Shown: positions 9,339-19,753 of the stretch, piece by piece
Numbering within the stretch: position 1 is the first letter of the stretch
How the letters are laid out: each line of letters opens with the position of its first letter
Assembly (NCBI GenBank): GCA_017438945.1
Contig: JAFRUI010000003.1
Location: forward strand, 8,664 to 72,663
Direction: 5' to 3'
Source: Bacteroidales bacterium
Lineage (GTDB): Bacteria > Bacteroidota > Bacteroidia > Bacteroidales > WCHB1-69
DNA length: 64,000 nt
Notes under the pieces: generated by a model
The model's input: only the letters and a program-made list of their open reading frames with translations
Told to the model about the DNA's origin: nothing
Database searches by the model: none
Program-made: the position numbers and the translations under genes

Positions 9339-10211
9339 ATGAAACCTACGTTACTTATCCTCGCCGCCGGCATGGGAAGCCGCTACGGCGGACTGAAACA
9401 ACTGGACCAGATGGGTCCGAATGGTGAAACCATCCTCGACTACTCCGTGAAGTACGCCGCAGCAGCCGGCTACGGCAAAGTGGTGCTCGTCATCCGCCGC
9501 AGCATGGAGGCCGACTTCCAGGAGTACATCCTGCCGAGATACAAAAACGTCATCCCCGTGGAGTACGTCTTCCAGGAACTCGACATGCTGCCTGCCGGAT
9601 TCTCCGTGAACCCCGAGCGCGTGAAACCCTACGGCACCGCGCACGCCATCCTCGTGGCCAAGGACGCCATCAAGGAACCCTTCACGGTGATCAACGCCGA
9701 CGACTTTTACGGCAAGGAGCCCTTCCAGATTCTGGGCGACTATCTGCGCGACGTCACGGCCAACGACCCCACCGCCTTCGCGATGGTCGGCTATCGTTTG
9801 GACAAGACCCTGTCGGAGAACGGCACGGTCTCGCGCGGTGTCTGCCAAGTCGATGGCAACGGCTACCTGACGATTGTCAAGGAGATGCGCAAGATCGGTC
9901 GCACCGACCACGGCATCGAGAACAACGAGGCCGGCGTGGTGACCCCGCTCACCGGCGAGGAGCCCGTCTCCATGAACTTCTGGGGCTTCTCCCCGCGCTT
10001 CTTCGACACGCTGGGCGAGATGTTCGCGCAGTTTCTGAAAGACAACGAAGGCAACATCAAGGCCGAATTCCCGATCCCCGACGCCGTGACCTCCGTCATG
10101 CAGCGCGGTCTCGTCACCGTGCGCGTCCTGCCCACCACCGCCGAATGGTTCGGCGTCACGTATGCGGAGGATAGACCGAAGGTGGTGGAGAAACTGAAAC
10201 ACGTGGAGTGA
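9339..10211 (+). CDS. Sugar-phosphate nucleotidyltransferase family protein
   Basis: LAAGMGSRYGGLKQ, KPYGTAHA, INADDFYG, VSRGVC and WFGVTY. Confidence 0.88.
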   Translation: MKPTLLILAAGMGSRYGGLKQLDQMGPNGETILDYSVKYAAAAGYGKVVLVIRRSMEADFQEYILPRYKNVIPVEYVFQELDMLPAGFSVNPERVKPYGTAHAILVAKDAIKEPFTVINADDFYGKEPFQILGDYLRDVTANDPTAFAMVGYRLDKTLSENGTVSRGVCQVDGNGYLTIVKEMRKIGRTDHGIENNEAGVVTPLTGEEPVSMNFWGFSPRFFDTLGEMFAQFLKDNEGNIKAEFPIPDAVTSVMQRGLVTVRVLPTTAEWFGVTYAEDRPKVVEKLKHVE

Positions 10212-10216
10212 TATTG

Positions 10217-10310
10217 CGATGATGCGATGATACGATGATACGATGATACGATGAATAGGACGGTCGTAAATCGCGGGCTTCAATAACCCATAACCCATAA
10301 CCCATAACCA
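10217..10310. repeat. Octamer (cgatgata x5) and heptamer (ataaccc x4) arrays
   Basis: Arrays at 10217-10256 and 10283-10310, read directly. Confidence 0.9.
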
Positions 10311-10312
10311 TT

Positions 10313-11020
10313 ATGAGTCCCAACGAAATCCTCTTCACCTTCCTTCGCGAGCTGATTCCGAACAATAACCGCGAGTGGTTCAAGGCGCATCGGGAGATGT
10401 ACGATGCCGCGTGGGCGCAGTTCAACATATTGGTGGAGAACGTGATAGCGGCAGTAGGGGAGTTCGATGAATCGATTGCCGGACTCACCCCGAAGGACTG
10501 CACCTATCGCATCTACCGCGACATCCGTTTCTCGCCCGACAAAACGCCCTACAAGGGGCATCTCGGGGCGTACATGAACCAGTACGGCAAGAAGGCCTAC
10601 TGGGGCGGCTACTACATTCAGATCGAGCCGGAGCAGGTGATGCTGGCGAGCGGCGTGTGGTGGCTCCCCACGAAGGAAATGCACCAGCTGCGCAGTGCCG
10701 TTGCTGAACAAATGGCTGATTTCGTGCGACTTGTTGAGGAACCTGAGCTCAAGAAACTGGTGCCCACCATCGGGCAGGAACACTACAAACGCATTCCCAA
10801 CGGTCTTCCGAAAGACTCGCCGCACCCCGAATACCTCACCTGCAAGGACTATGCCATGTCGTGCATGCTGAAGCCCAAGGACCTCTGCCGCGACGACTAC
10901 GCGCAACGCATCGCGCACGTCTTCCGCGCAATGAAGCCTGTCAACGACTTCCTCAGCGAGAACATCCTCATCAACATGGAGGAGATGGAGACAATGAAAA
11001 ACGTCGTGAAATATGTGTAG
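10313..11020 (+). CDS. DUF2461 family protein
   Basis: FL.EL..NNNREWF.AHR and YRIYRDIRFSPDKTPYK signature. Confidence 0.9.
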   Translation: MSPNEILFTFLRELIPNNNREWFKAHREMYDAAWAQFNILVENVIAAVGEFDESIAGLTPKDCTYRIYRDIRFSPDKTPYKGHLGAYMNQYGKKAYWGGYYIQIEPEQVMLASGVWWLPTKEMHQLRSAVAEQMADFVRLVEEPELKKLVPTIGQEHYKRIPNGLPKDSPHPEYLTCKDYAMSCMLKPKDLCRDDYAQRIAHVFRAMKPVNDFLSENILINMEEMETMKNVVKYV

Positions 11021-11160
11021 GTAAAAAATTGTCTAAGTCTAGGTCAATAGTCTAAGTCTTTATTAGGGTAATAGTTGCTAGCAACAAATAAAAGCTAATA
11101 GCTAAAAGCAACAGCCAATAGCAAAAAATTTTATCTTTGCCGCCATAATTTTTTAAAGAT

Positions 11161-11982
11161 ATGTCACAGTATTTATCCCAAGATGTCACCAAGGTGACGA
11201 CGAACACTTTGATGAAGATGCGTTCCCAGGGCGAACGCATCGCGATGTTGACCGCGTACGACTATTCCATCGCCAAATTGTTGGATATGGCCAAGATAGA
11301 TGTGATTCTGGTGGGCGACTCCGCCGCCAACGTGATGGCCGGTTACAAGACCACGCTGCCCATCACGCTCAACGAGATGATCTACCATGCCTCGTCGGTG
11401 GTGCGTGCCGTGAAGCGCGCTCTTGTGGTGGTGGACATGCCGTTCGGCACCTACCAGGGCAACTCCAAGGAGGCGCTCAACTCTGCCATCCGTATCATGA
11501 AGGAGTCCGGCGCCGACGCCATCAAGCTGGAGGGCGGCTCGGAGGTCATCGAGTCCATCGACCGCATTCTGAGTGCTGGTATCCCGGTGATGGGACATCT
11601 TGGTCTCACCCCGCAGTCCATCAACAAGTTCGGTACTTACGCTGTGCGCGCCACGTCTGAAGAAGAGGCCGACCAGTTGCGTAAGAACGCCTTGTTGTTG
11701 CAAGAACACGGGTGCTTCGGGTTGGTGCTGGAGAAAATTCCCGCTTCCCTCGCCAAAGAGGTGACGGAGAGTCTGGAAATCCCGACCATCGGCATCGGTG
11801 CGGGCCGCCACACGTCCGGCCAGGTGCTCGTTTTCCACGACATGATGGGCATTACCCAGCAGTTCACCCCGCGTTTCCTGCGTCGCTATCTCAATCTGAG
11901 CGAGGAGATTGTGGGCGCCATCGAGCACTATATCTCCGATGTGAAAGAAAACAGCTTCCCGAATGAGTCAGAACAATACTGA
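11161..11982 (+). CDS. panB: 3-methyl-2-oxobutanoate hydroxymethyltransferase
   Basis: [31 protein letters not shown] and IGIGAG; TATCTTTG promoter at 11132-11139. Confidence 0.97.
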   Translation: MSQYLSQDVTKVTTNTLMKMRSQGERIAMLTAYDYSIAKLLDMAKIDVILVGDSAANVMAGYKTTLPITLNEMIYHASSVVRAVKRALVVVDMPFGTYQGNSKEALNSAIRIMKESGADAIKLEGGSEVIESIDRILSAGIPVMGHLGLTPQSINKFGTYAVRATSEEEADQLRKNALLLQEHGCFGLVLEKIPASLAKEVTESLEIPTIGIGAGRHTSGQVLVFHDMMGITQQFTPRFLRRYLNLSEEIVGAIEHYISDVKENSFPNESEQY

Positions 11983-12688
11983 AACCCGAGAGGATTTTAC
12001 CAAACGCATTCTCTACGAGGACAACCACCTGGTTATCATGAACAAACTGCCCGGGGAACTGGCGCAGGGCGATGACACGGGTGCCGAGCCGCTGGTGGAG
12101 AAGGTGCGCGACTATATCCGTGTGCAGAAGCAGAAGGAAGGCAACGTCTTCTGCGGCCTCATCCATCGTATCGACCGGCCGGTGAGCGGTGCGATTGCCT
12201 TCGCACGCACATCCAAGGCCCTCGACCGTATGAACAAACTGCTGAAGGCACATGAGATGCACAAGTTCTACTGGGCGATTGTGGAGGGCATCCCGGAAAT
12301 TCCGCAACGGAAACTGGTGAACTACATGTTCAAGAATGCCGAGAAAAATAAGTCGTATATTTCAGATACAGAGAAAGATGGTTGGAAATATGCCGAGCTG
12401 GACTACACCTTGCTGGCACATTCTGACCGCTATTCTCTCTTGGAGGTAGAACTGCACACCGGCCGCCACCACCAGATCCGGGCACAGCTGTCACACATCG
12501 GGCACCCCATCAAAGGGGACATCAAGTACGGTGCCAAACGTCCCGAACTCGACGCTTCCATCTGCCTGCACGCTCGCCGGCTCTACTTCGACCACCCCGT
12601 GACCCACAACCAAGTTCTCGTTGAAGCAGAACCCTTCAACCCGCTCTTCCGGAAGATACTTGAAGGCGGAGGAGTTGAGGAATACTAA
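11963..12688 (+). CDS. RluA-family RNA pseudouridine synthase
   Basis: [19 protein letters not shown] (catalytic Asp), [11 protein letters not shown] and GDIKYG. Confidence 0.93.
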   Translation: MSQNNTETREDFTKRILYEDNHLVIMNKLPGELAQGDDTGAEPLVEKVRDYIRVQKQKEGNVFCGLIHRIDRPVSGAIAFARTSKALDRMNKLLKAHEMHKFYWAIVEGIPEIPQRKLVNYMFKNAEKNKSYISDTEKDGWKYAELDYTLLAHSDRYSLLEVELHTGRHHQIRAQLSHIGHPIKGDIKYGAKRPELDASICLHARRLYFDHPVTHNQVLVEAEPFNPLFRKILEGGGVEEY

Positions 12689-12732
12689 AAAAGTGTATCT
12701 TTGCCGCTTGGAAAATTCAAAACATAAAGAAT

Positions 12733-13887
12733 ATGATATATTTAGACAATTCAGCAACATCTTTCCCGAAACCGAATGAGGTTTATGAGTTTATGGATCA
12801 TTTCTATCGTGTTCACGGTGTGAGCCCCGGACGTGCGGGCTATGACGCCGGTATTGAGACGGGTGAGGTTCTGACGGAAACGCGCCGGATGCTCACCAAG
12901 CTCTTCAACGGCGGTACCGATGAGAAACGTCTGACGTTCAGCTACAACGCCACCGATTCCCTGAACATCCTGATTCAGGGTCTGGCGCAGAAAGGCTCTC
13001 ATGTCATCACCACGATGTTGGAGCACAACTCCGTGCTTCGTCCGCTCTATCATCTGGAGAAGGAGGGGATTATCGAGGTGACCTACCTGCCTTTCGACGC
13101 AGCGGGTTATGTGCATCCGGAGCAGTTCGAGGAAGCTATCCGTCCGAACACCAAGATGGTGGTCTGCACGCAATGCTCCAACGTTATCGGTACGGTGCAA
13201 CCCATCAAGGAAATCGGCAAGGTTTGCAAGGAACACGGCATCACTTTCGTGGTCGATGGCAGCCAGGGTGCCGGTGCGGTGAAGATGGATATGATTGACT
13301 ATAACGTTGACGCATACGCCTTTACGGGTCACAAGTGCCTGATGGGACCCACCGGTATCGGGGGAAGCTACGTGCGTGAAGGTGTTGAGGTGAAGCACAC
13401 CCGCTTCGGCGGCACCGGCGTGAAATCCGCCGTCCGTGACCACCTTGACGAATATCCGTATCGTCTCGAAGCCGGTACCATCAACATGCTGGGTATCAGC
13501 GGTCTGCACGCAGGCGTGAAGTGGATCACCGAGAAGGGTATCGAGAACATCCACAATCAGGAGATGGCCTTGTGGAAACGTCTCCGCGACGGTATCAAGG
13601 ATGTCCCCGGCGTGATCATCTACTGCGCGACCTCTGTGGAGAACCAGAATCCGGTGCTCTCCATCAACATCAAGGGCTTCGAGGCCATGGACGTGGGCAC
13701 CATGCTGGATGTCGATTACGACATCGCATGCCGCACAGGTTTGCAATGTGCCCCGCTGGTGCACGAGTGTCTCGGCACGCTCAAGATTGACGGTACGGTC
13801 CGTCTCAGCATCGGTGCCTTCAACACCGAGGCCGACATCGACGCATGCATCCAGGCCGTCAAGGAGATCGCCGCGATGAAGAACTAA
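12733..13887 (+). CDS. Class V aminotransferase / cysteine desulfurase family
   Basis: IYLDNSATSFPKP, EHNSV, DGSQ, TGHK (PLP Lys), EAGT and RTGLQCAP; TATCTTTG at 12696-12703. Confidence 0.9.
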   Translation: MIYLDNSATSFPKPNEVYEFMDHFYRVHGVSPGRAGYDAGIETGEVLTETRRMLTKLFNGGTDEKRLTFSYNATDSLNILIQGLAQKGSHVITTMLEHNSVLRPLYHLEKEGIIEVTYLPFDAAGYVHPEQFEEAIRPNTKMVVCTQCSNVIGTVQPIKEIGKVCKEHGITFVVDGSQGAGAVKMDMIDYNVDAYAFTGHKCLMGPTGIGGSYVREGVEVKHTRFGGTGVKSAVRDHLDEYPYRLEAGTINMLGISGLHAGVKWITEKGIENIHNQEMALWKRLRDGIKDVPGVIIYCATSVENQNPVLSINIKGFEAMDVGTMLDVDYDIACRTGLQCAPLVHECLGTLKIDGTVRLSIGAFNTEADIDACIQAVKEIAAMKN

Positions 13888-13892
13888 GTTCA

Positions 13893-14182
13893 GCTGTTGG
13901 CTTTTAGCTATTAGCTATTGGCTTTTGGCTTTGCAGCACTTGCGAGATATTTTATAGGAAAGACGTCATTATTGGCGTCTTTTTTGATGTAAGATGTAAG
14001 ACGTATGACGTGTGAATAGTGAATAGTGATTAGTGATTAGTGATTTGTGAATCGTGATTAGTAGCTTGTAACAATTCAAATATCGGAATACAAATCAATA
14101 GTTATAGTTATAGTCATAGTTATAGTCATCGCCAACAGCCAACAGCCAACAGCCAACAGCCAATAGCCAATCGCCAACAGCC
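13893..14182. repeat. Mosaic of five short tandem-repeat arrays
   Basis: gctNtt(a/g) x6 (13893-13933), gatgtaa-type x4 (13986-14013), gattagt-type x7 (14014-14062), atagtt hexamers (14098-14128) and gccaaca-type x7 (14131-14182). Confidence 0.9.
13959..13985 (+). terminator. Intrinsic terminator
   Basis: agacgtca-ttat-tggcgtct stem-loop followed by a T-run. Confidence 0.75.
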
Positions 14183-14226
14183 GAAAAAATACTATCTTTG
14201 CACCCTAAAATTATGCATGATGCATT

Positions 14227-15138
14227 ATGAATTCTGAATTGAACAAAAAATGGGTCGGGCATCTTGCGGTGCTGACCGTCTATATCATCTTCGGGATTAA
14301 TCCGAACTGTTCGAAGGCGGTGGTGCCGGAGTACATCACCCCGGAAGCATACACGGCGTTGCGACTGCTGGTCGGGGCGGCGGGTTTCTGGCTCATTTCG
14401 CTGTTCACCCCACGGGAAAGGGTAGGGTGGCGCGATATGCGGATCATCATACTCGGTGCGGTTTCCCTCTATGGTACGTTGTGGGCATTCGCGGAGGCAA
14501 TGCGCTATATCTCGCCTACTTACGTCTCGCTGATTTCGGCTATGTCGCCGTTGGTGGTGATGCTGATGGCCGCCGTTTTCCTCAAAGAACCGATCACCAC
14601 CCGCAAAGCCGTGGGCGTGTTCTTCGGCATCGCCGGTGCGCTGATGATGATCCTCTTCTCACTGCACGGCGACGCCCACTACAGCAACCGGGGCGCACTG
14701 CTCTGTTTCGTGAATATCCTGTTCTACGCCACCTATCTTCTGATCACCCGTGCCATCTCCCCGAAATACTCGCCCGTGACCATGATGAAATGGATGTTCT
14801 TGTTCAGCGCGGTTCTGAGCCTCCCGCTCGCCATCCCCACCGTGAAAGCTTCCCCGCTTCTCATGGGCACCGCGCCAGCCATGGCCTACGTCAACATGGG
14901 CATTGTCGCCATCTTCGCCACGGTGCTGGCCTACTACCTCCTGCCTGTCGCGCTGCGCCACATCCGTCCGACCACCGTCAGCATGTACAGCAACCTGCAG
15001 CCCATCATCACCGCCGCCCTGGCCATCGCTATCGGACAGGATGTCTTCACCTGGAATAAACCGATTGCATTGGTGCTGGTTATATTTGGCGTGTTCTTGG
15101 TCACTACCAGCCGCGCGAAAGACACTGTAAGGGGTTAA
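14227..15138 (+). CDS. DMT/EamA-family transporter
   Basis: About 10 hydrophobic segments in two EamA repeats (FLKE.I, NLQPII); TATCTTTG at 14193-14200. Confidence 0.88.
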   Translation: MNSELNKKWVGHLAVLTVYIIFGINPNCSKAVVPEYITPEAYTALRLLVGAAGFWLISLFTPRERVGWRDMRIIILGAVSLYGTLWAFAEAMRYISPTYVSLISAMSPLVVMLMAAVFLKEPITTRKAVGVFFGIAGALMMILFSLHGDAHYSNRGALLCFVNILFYATYLLITRAISPKYSPVTMMKWMFLFSAVLSLPLAIPTVKASPLLMGTAPAMAYVNMGIVAIFATVLAYYLLPVALRHIRPTTVSMYSNLQPIITAALAIAIGQDVFTWNKPIALVLVIFGVFLVTTSRAKDTVRG

Positions 15139-15169
15139 GGGGTAAGGTTCAAAGTTTAGAGCTTAACCA

Positions 15170-15281
15170 ATCGTCACATCGTCACATCGTTTCATCGCTT
15201 CATCGTCTCATCGTTTCTCATCGCTTCATCGTCTCATCGCCTCATCGTCTCATCGCCTCATCGTCTCATCGCCTCATCGCC
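15170..15281. repeat. Octamer tandem array (atcgYctc) ~14 units
   Basis: atcgtcac x2 then atcgtctc/atcgcctc units; reverse complement of the 9122 array. Confidence 0.95.
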
Positions 15282-15376
15282 AAATTTATTATTGCAGAAT
15301 TCTCAAAATATATTATCTTTGCCATATTTAAAAGAAGCATAGACATTAATTGATAGTTATTGATATTCAGTAAATT

Positions 15377-17122
15377 ATGAAAAAGATTATTTGTTTGACG
15401 CTGTCGTTGCTGCTCTTATCGATGACCTCTTTGCGGGCTCAGAATGACGATCCTGTCTTGATGACGGTGGGGGCGGAAACGGTCACGAAGTCGGATTTTG
15501 TCAAAGCGTATCAGAAAAACAGCATGCTGTCAGAAGCTACGGAGTCGGACTTGCGCGAGTACCTGCGGCTCTACACGGATTACCGCATGAAAGTTCAAGA
15601 GGCTAAGGCCATGAAGCTGGATACGGCGAAAGTATTCCAAAGGGAATGGGAGTCGTATAAAAGCCAGTATGCCCAGCAGTATTTGATTGATACAGAGGTG
15701 AGTGACCAGCTTCTGGAGGAGACCACCGATCGCGCCCGCTATCATGTGCGCGCCTCGCATATATTGGTCATGGTGCCTGAGGACGCCTCTCCGAAAGACA
15801 CGCTTGCTGCGTATCATAAGATAATGAAAATCAGGGATGAAATCATAGGCGGGCTGGACTTCAACGAGGCTGCGATGCGTTATTCCGACGACCAGTCGGC
15901 ACAAAACCGCATTAACCCGCAGACGCACCACGTCCAGTACGGAAACCGCGGTGAATTGGGCTATTTCTCGGTTTTGGAAATGATCTATCCTTTTGAAACC
16001 GCGGCCTATTCAACTCCGGTGGGACAAGTGTCGATGCCTGTGCGCACACAGTTCGGCTACCATCTGGTGTATGTGCAGGACAAGATTCCGGCAGTGGCGA
16101 AACTGTATGTGTCTCAGATATTTATAAGGGACACCAATGCATTGAACAATACGGCGAATCATGACGAGGCGGTCAAAAAATGTGCTTACATCAAGCAGAA
16201 GTACCAGCGCGGCACCTCGTTCGACAGCATCGCGGCGGAGTGCTCCGATGATGCCGCCACGAAGAACAATGGCGGTCGCATGGAGCCCTTTGCCCCCAAC
16301 CGTCGCCCGGGCAATTATGTGCATGCCGCCATCAATCTCAAACCTGGCGAAATCTCCGAGCCCGTCCCTTCCGCGATAGGATGGCATATCCTCCGTCTGG
16401 ATTCCGTGATTTACACAACGGTGAATGACGAATTCAAGTACATGATCAAAAACAGACTGGCCCGCGACGCCCGTTCGAAGAAGAGCAAAGAGTCGCTGGT
16501 CGAGAAATTGAAGGTGGAGTATAACTACGAGGAAAAAGGGAAGGCGGCTGCGCTGAAATTCTTCAAGAAAAAAATGCCGGACAATTATTTCCAGTCTAAG
16601 CATGTGGCCGTCGATTCCTTGAAGGGAATTGAAAAACTCAAGCCGATGTGCTCTTTCGCTGACCAGACCATTACGGCCGTTGATTTCGGCAGGTATCTGT
16701 CTCGTTTCCAGGGTGCGCAGCTGAAAGGCTCTATGTCGAGTTTCTTGGATCAGGTCTTCCCGAGCTTTGTGGGAGAGAGAATGTTGCGTTATGAAAGTAC
16801 CCAGTTGATGACCAAATATCCCGAATACCGCGACGTGGTGAACGAGGTGTATGACGGCTTGATGATATACGAGATCAACTCGGCAAAGGTGTGGAATGCC
16901 GCCATTAAGGACACCGTGGGCACGGAGCTGTTCTACGAGCAGATCAAGTCCCAGTTTGCCACCGGCGACTCGCTGAACCCGTATAAGCCTCTTGAAGAGG
17001 TCCGCGCCGTGGTCATCAGCCAGTATCAGGACAAACTGGAGAAGGAATGGGTGGAGGAACTACACCGCAAGTATCCCGTGAAGCTCAACGAGGATGTTTT
17101 CCGTTCCATTTTGAAAAGATAA
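15377..17122 (+). CDS. Parvulin/SurA-like peptidyl-prolyl isomerase (secreted)
   Basis: Signal peptide; rotamase motifs RASHIL, SDD, GELGYF, VSMPVRTQFGYHLV and ISEPV...GWHIL. Confidence 0.9.
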   Translation: MKKIICLTLSLLLLSMTSLRAQNDDPVLMTVGAETVTKSDFVKAYQKNSMLSEATESDLREYLRLYTDYRMKVQEAKAMKLDTAKVFQREWESYKSQYAQQYLIDTEVSDQLLEETTDRARYHVRASHILVMVPEDASPKDTLAAYHKIMKIRDEIIGGLDFNEAAMRYSDDQSAQNRINPQTHHVQYGNRGELGYFSVLEMIYPFETAAYSTPVGQVSMPVRTQFGYHLVYVQDKIPAVAKLYVSQIFIRDTNALNNTANHDEAVKKCAYIKQKYQRGTSFDSIAAECSDDAATKNNGGRMEPFAPNRRPGNYVHAAINLKPGEISEPVPSAIGWHILRLDSVIYTTVNDEFKYMIKNRLARDARSKKSKESLVEKLKVEYNYEEKGKAAALKFFKKKMPDNYFQSKHVAVDSLKGIEKLKPMCSFADQTITAVDFGRYLSRFQGAQLKGSMSSFLDQVFPSFVGERMLRYESTQLMTKYPEYRDVVNEVYDGLMIYEINSAKVWNAAIKDTVGTELFYEQIKSQFATGDSLNPYKPLEEVRAVVISQYQDKLEKEWVEELHRKYPVKLNEDVFRSILKR

Positions 17123-17123
17123 C

Positions 17124-17960
17124 GTGAAGCACACTCTTGCCCTTCTTTCCGTTGTTTTTGTGCTGTGTGCCTCCTGCCGCAGAAATGCCGATCCGGTGGT
17201 GGCACAAGTGTATCAGTACAAGCTGTATTCCTCTGAGGTTCAAGCAGGTATGCCGTCTGGACTGTCGAAAGAGGACAGCCTGGTTCTGGTGCGCGACTTT
17301 ATCGACAACTGGGTGAAGGAGAAACTGGTGCTGCATGAAGCGGAACACCGTCTTTCCCCGCGTGAGAAGAACTTCGACCGTGAGTTGACCGAATACCGGA
17401 ATTCACTGCTGATACAGCGGTATCTGGATAAGATCTGGATGACCGACACCGCGAATAACACGGTCTCGGAACAGGCTATTTCGGATTTCGCCCGCTCGTT
17501 GGATGACCGCTACACGGTTGAAAAGGAGATTGTGCGGGTGAATTACGTGAAGATGCCCACCCGTTCAGACAAACTGCCCTTGGTGAAGGAGATTCTCTTC
17601 AACGAAGACCAGCGCGTCGCGAAAAAAGAAGCGCTGGTGACCATGCTGGGAGACTCCATCGAATATCTCGTGGATGACGATGAGTGGCTCTATCTGGATG
17701 ACCTGCAAAACGAGATCTCCTTCCAGATTGACCTGCAGAAATACAACGGAAGTGTCATGCGGGTTGAAAAAGAAGTGGGAGAGAGCACGGTGCTTCTTGT
17801 GATTCTGGACTACCGTTCGCAGCGTTCAGTGAACGAGACCAAAGAAGAACGCGCGGCAGCAGGCATGCTGCTCACGAACCAACGCCGCACCCAATACGTC
17901 AACCAATATATCCAGGGACTATACGACCGCGCCCTGAAAGAAGGGAAGATTGTGCAATGA
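17124..17960 (+). CDS. Lipoprotein, PPIase/SurA-N-like chaperone
   Basis: GTG start, lipobox LCASC, VVAQV...LY..EV...DS...FIDNW pattern; lies directly after the PPIase gene. Confidence 0.7.
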   Translation: MKHTLALLSVVFVLCASCRRNADPVVAQVYQYKLYSSEVQAGMPSGLSKEDSLVLVRDFIDNWVKEKLVLHEAEHRLSPREKNFDRELTEYRNSLLIQRYLDKIWMTDTANNTVSEQAISDFARSLDDRYTVEKEIVRVNYVKMPTRSDKLPLVKEILFNEDQRVAKKEALVTMLGDSIEYLVDDDEWLYLDDLQNEISFQIDLQKYNGSVMRVEKEVGESTVLLVILDYRSQRSVNETKEERAAAGMLLTNQRRTQYVNQYIQGLYDRALKEGKIVQ

Positions 17961-18013
17961 GTTGGACTGAGGACTGTGGACTGTGGAACTTGAAATCAAA
18001 ATCTAAAACTACT

Positions 18014-18457
18014 ATGATTGTAAAAATTTACAACAAATCAAAAAACCAATTACCAGCCTATGCATCGGCGTATGCGGCGGGTATGGATTTACGTGCAGAT
18101 CTCTCAGAACCCGTTGTTCTGCAACCACTTGAACGGAAGCTGATTCCGACGGGACTGTTCATTGAGTTGCCCCCCGATTGTGAGGCGCAGATTCGTCCAC
18201 GGAGCGGGCTGGCGCTCAAACACGGCATCACCGTGTTGAACACTCCCGGCACCATTGACGCTGACTACCGGGGTGAGATAGGGGTCATCCTGATCAATCT
18301 GTCGCAAGAACCTTTCGAAATCCAGCCGGGCGAGCGCATCGCCCAGATGGTGATTGCTCAGTTCCGTCAGGTGGAACTGGTGGAGGTCAGTTCTCTTGAC
18401 GAACTTTCGGGGACCGAACGGGGCGCCGGCGGTTTCGGACACAGCGGAAAACAGTAA
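18014..18457 (+). CDS. dut: dUTP diphosphatase
   Basis: [28 protein letters not shown] and [10 protein letters not shown]; ATG 18014 (the upstream ORF extension is a ggactgt repeat). Confidence 0.97.
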   Translation: MIVKIYNKSKNQLPAYASAYAAGMDLRADLSEPVVLQPLERKLIPTGLFIELPPDCEAQIRPRSGLALKHGITVLNTPGTIDADYRGEIGVILINLSQEPFEIQPGERIAQMVIAQFRQVELVEVSSLDELSGTERGAGGFGHSGKQ

Positions 18458-18468
18458 AATTGCAGATT

Positions 18469-19428
18469 ATGAGGAAGTTGCTTGTTTTGTTGATGATATG
18501 CGCCTTGTGCTTTTCCGGAATTGCACAGCCAGCGAAGAAGACCCGCAAGACGGCATCCAACACCAAGGATGCGGTCACCGAGCGTGCCATCACAAAACAG
18601 TTCAACCAGGGGCTGCGCCACTACTACACGGCCCAGTATGAGGAGGCCCTCCAGACTTTCTCGGGAATCCTTTCGGAGGCGCCCAAACATGCCCCCTCCT
18701 ATTTCATGATTTCCCGCATCTATGCGGAGCGACAGCAGTTCTCCGAGGCGGAAAACGCCTTGAAGCAGGCGGCGAAGCTGGACAAGAACAACATCTGGTA
18801 TCAGGTGGAGTTGGCGCGTGCGTACGTGAGGTCGGAGAATTACAAGGAGGCCGCTCCGATGTGGGAGAAGATCTGCCGGGAAATGCCGGATAATCCGGAA
18901 TTCCTTGCTTGTTTAGTCACTTGCTACACGAAAACCGGAGCACCCGAGAAGGCGGCCGAGTTGCAGTCTCAACTTGACAGGCTTACGAGGCAGGAATCCG
19001 TCAACGGACAACCGGAATCCGCTCCCGAGGTGACCGGTGGCGGCAGCCATCGTGAACAGGGAGAGACCGCTCTCAGGTCGAAACAATATGAACAGGCCGT
19101 TTCGCATCTTGAAAAGGCGCTGCAGGAGGACGACACGGACTATGACCTTTGGAGTGCCTTCGCAGAGGCGGTCTCCAAGTCCGGACAGTGGCGTAAACTG
19201 ACCGCCCTGGAGGAGGATCTGACCACCCTTTTCCCGCAATCATCGGCTCTGTTAGCAGCTCTGGCCGATGCGTTCCTGTATGATGGAAATCCCGGCAAGG
19301 CCGTGGAGTACTACAAACAGGCGTTGTCTTTCGCTTTCGATGCCGACCAAATCCAGTCCATTCACAAAGGACTCTATGAGGCTTACAGCCGTTTAGGCGA
19401 TGCCGAAAACGCAGCCCGCTACCGGTAG
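18469..19428 (+). CDS. Tetratricopeptide-repeat protein (secreted)
   Basis: Signal peptide plus repeated TPR patterns (YEEAL, FSEAENAL, YKEAA, YEQAV, KAVEYYKQAL). Confidence 0.85.
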   Translation: MRKLLVLLMICALCFSGIAQPAKKTRKTASNTKDAVTERAITKQFNQGLRHYYTAQYEEALQTFSGILSEAPKHAPSYFMISRIYAERQQFSEAENALKQAAKLDKNNIWYQVELARAYVRSENYKEAAPMWEKICREMPDNPEFLACLVTCYTKTGAPEKAAELQSQLDRLTRQESVNGQPESAPEVTGGGSHREQGETALRSKQYEQAVSHLEKALQEDDTDYDLWSAFAEAVSKSGQWRKLTALEEDLTTLFPQSSALLAALADAFLYDGNPGKAVEYYKQALSFAFDADQIQSIHKGLYEAYSRLGDAENAARYR

Positions 19429-19452
19429 TTTTTTTCAATCCATTTCACTTTT

Positions 19453-19477
19453 TAACCCCTTATATACAAGAGGGTTA
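19453..19477. terminator. Hairpin, possible terminator
   Basis: taacccctt-atatac-aagagggtta just downstream of the TPR gene; no clear plus-strand T tail. Confidence 0.4.
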
Positions 19478-19563
19478 TAGGAATGTTATGCCCTGTCAAC
19501 TTTTTGTTGAAAAAAAACGGGCAGAAAAAATGCGATTTACTAATATCTATTAATAAAAATGTT

Positions 19564-19571
19564 TATCTTTG
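19564..19571 (+). promoter_or_regulatory. Probable CPS locus promoter (-7 element)
   Basis: TATCTTTG ~180 bp upstream of upxY, implying a long 5' leader. Confidence 0.65.
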
Positions 19572-19753
19572 CCGTTAGGTTTTATTGTAAATGGGGAGAA
19601 ATCCATATTTATCCTTTTGGGTTCATAAGGATTTGGTTTTCAGTATGTTGATATGCAGCATCTCCCGTGGAACCTCTCTTTTCAGGAGGGGGAATAATAG
19701 ATTTTGTACCATTTAAAACGCATATATTAAAGTAAGAAATATATAAAAAACGC

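Noticed and set aside
9122-15281. CRISPR array
   Set aside because: Repeats are 6-9-bp contiguous units with no spacers, and there are no cas genes.
19430-19660. Invertible promoter upstream of upxY
   Set aside because: The best flanking inverted match I found was only ~10/13 bp in AT-rich sequence, and no recombinase is nearby.
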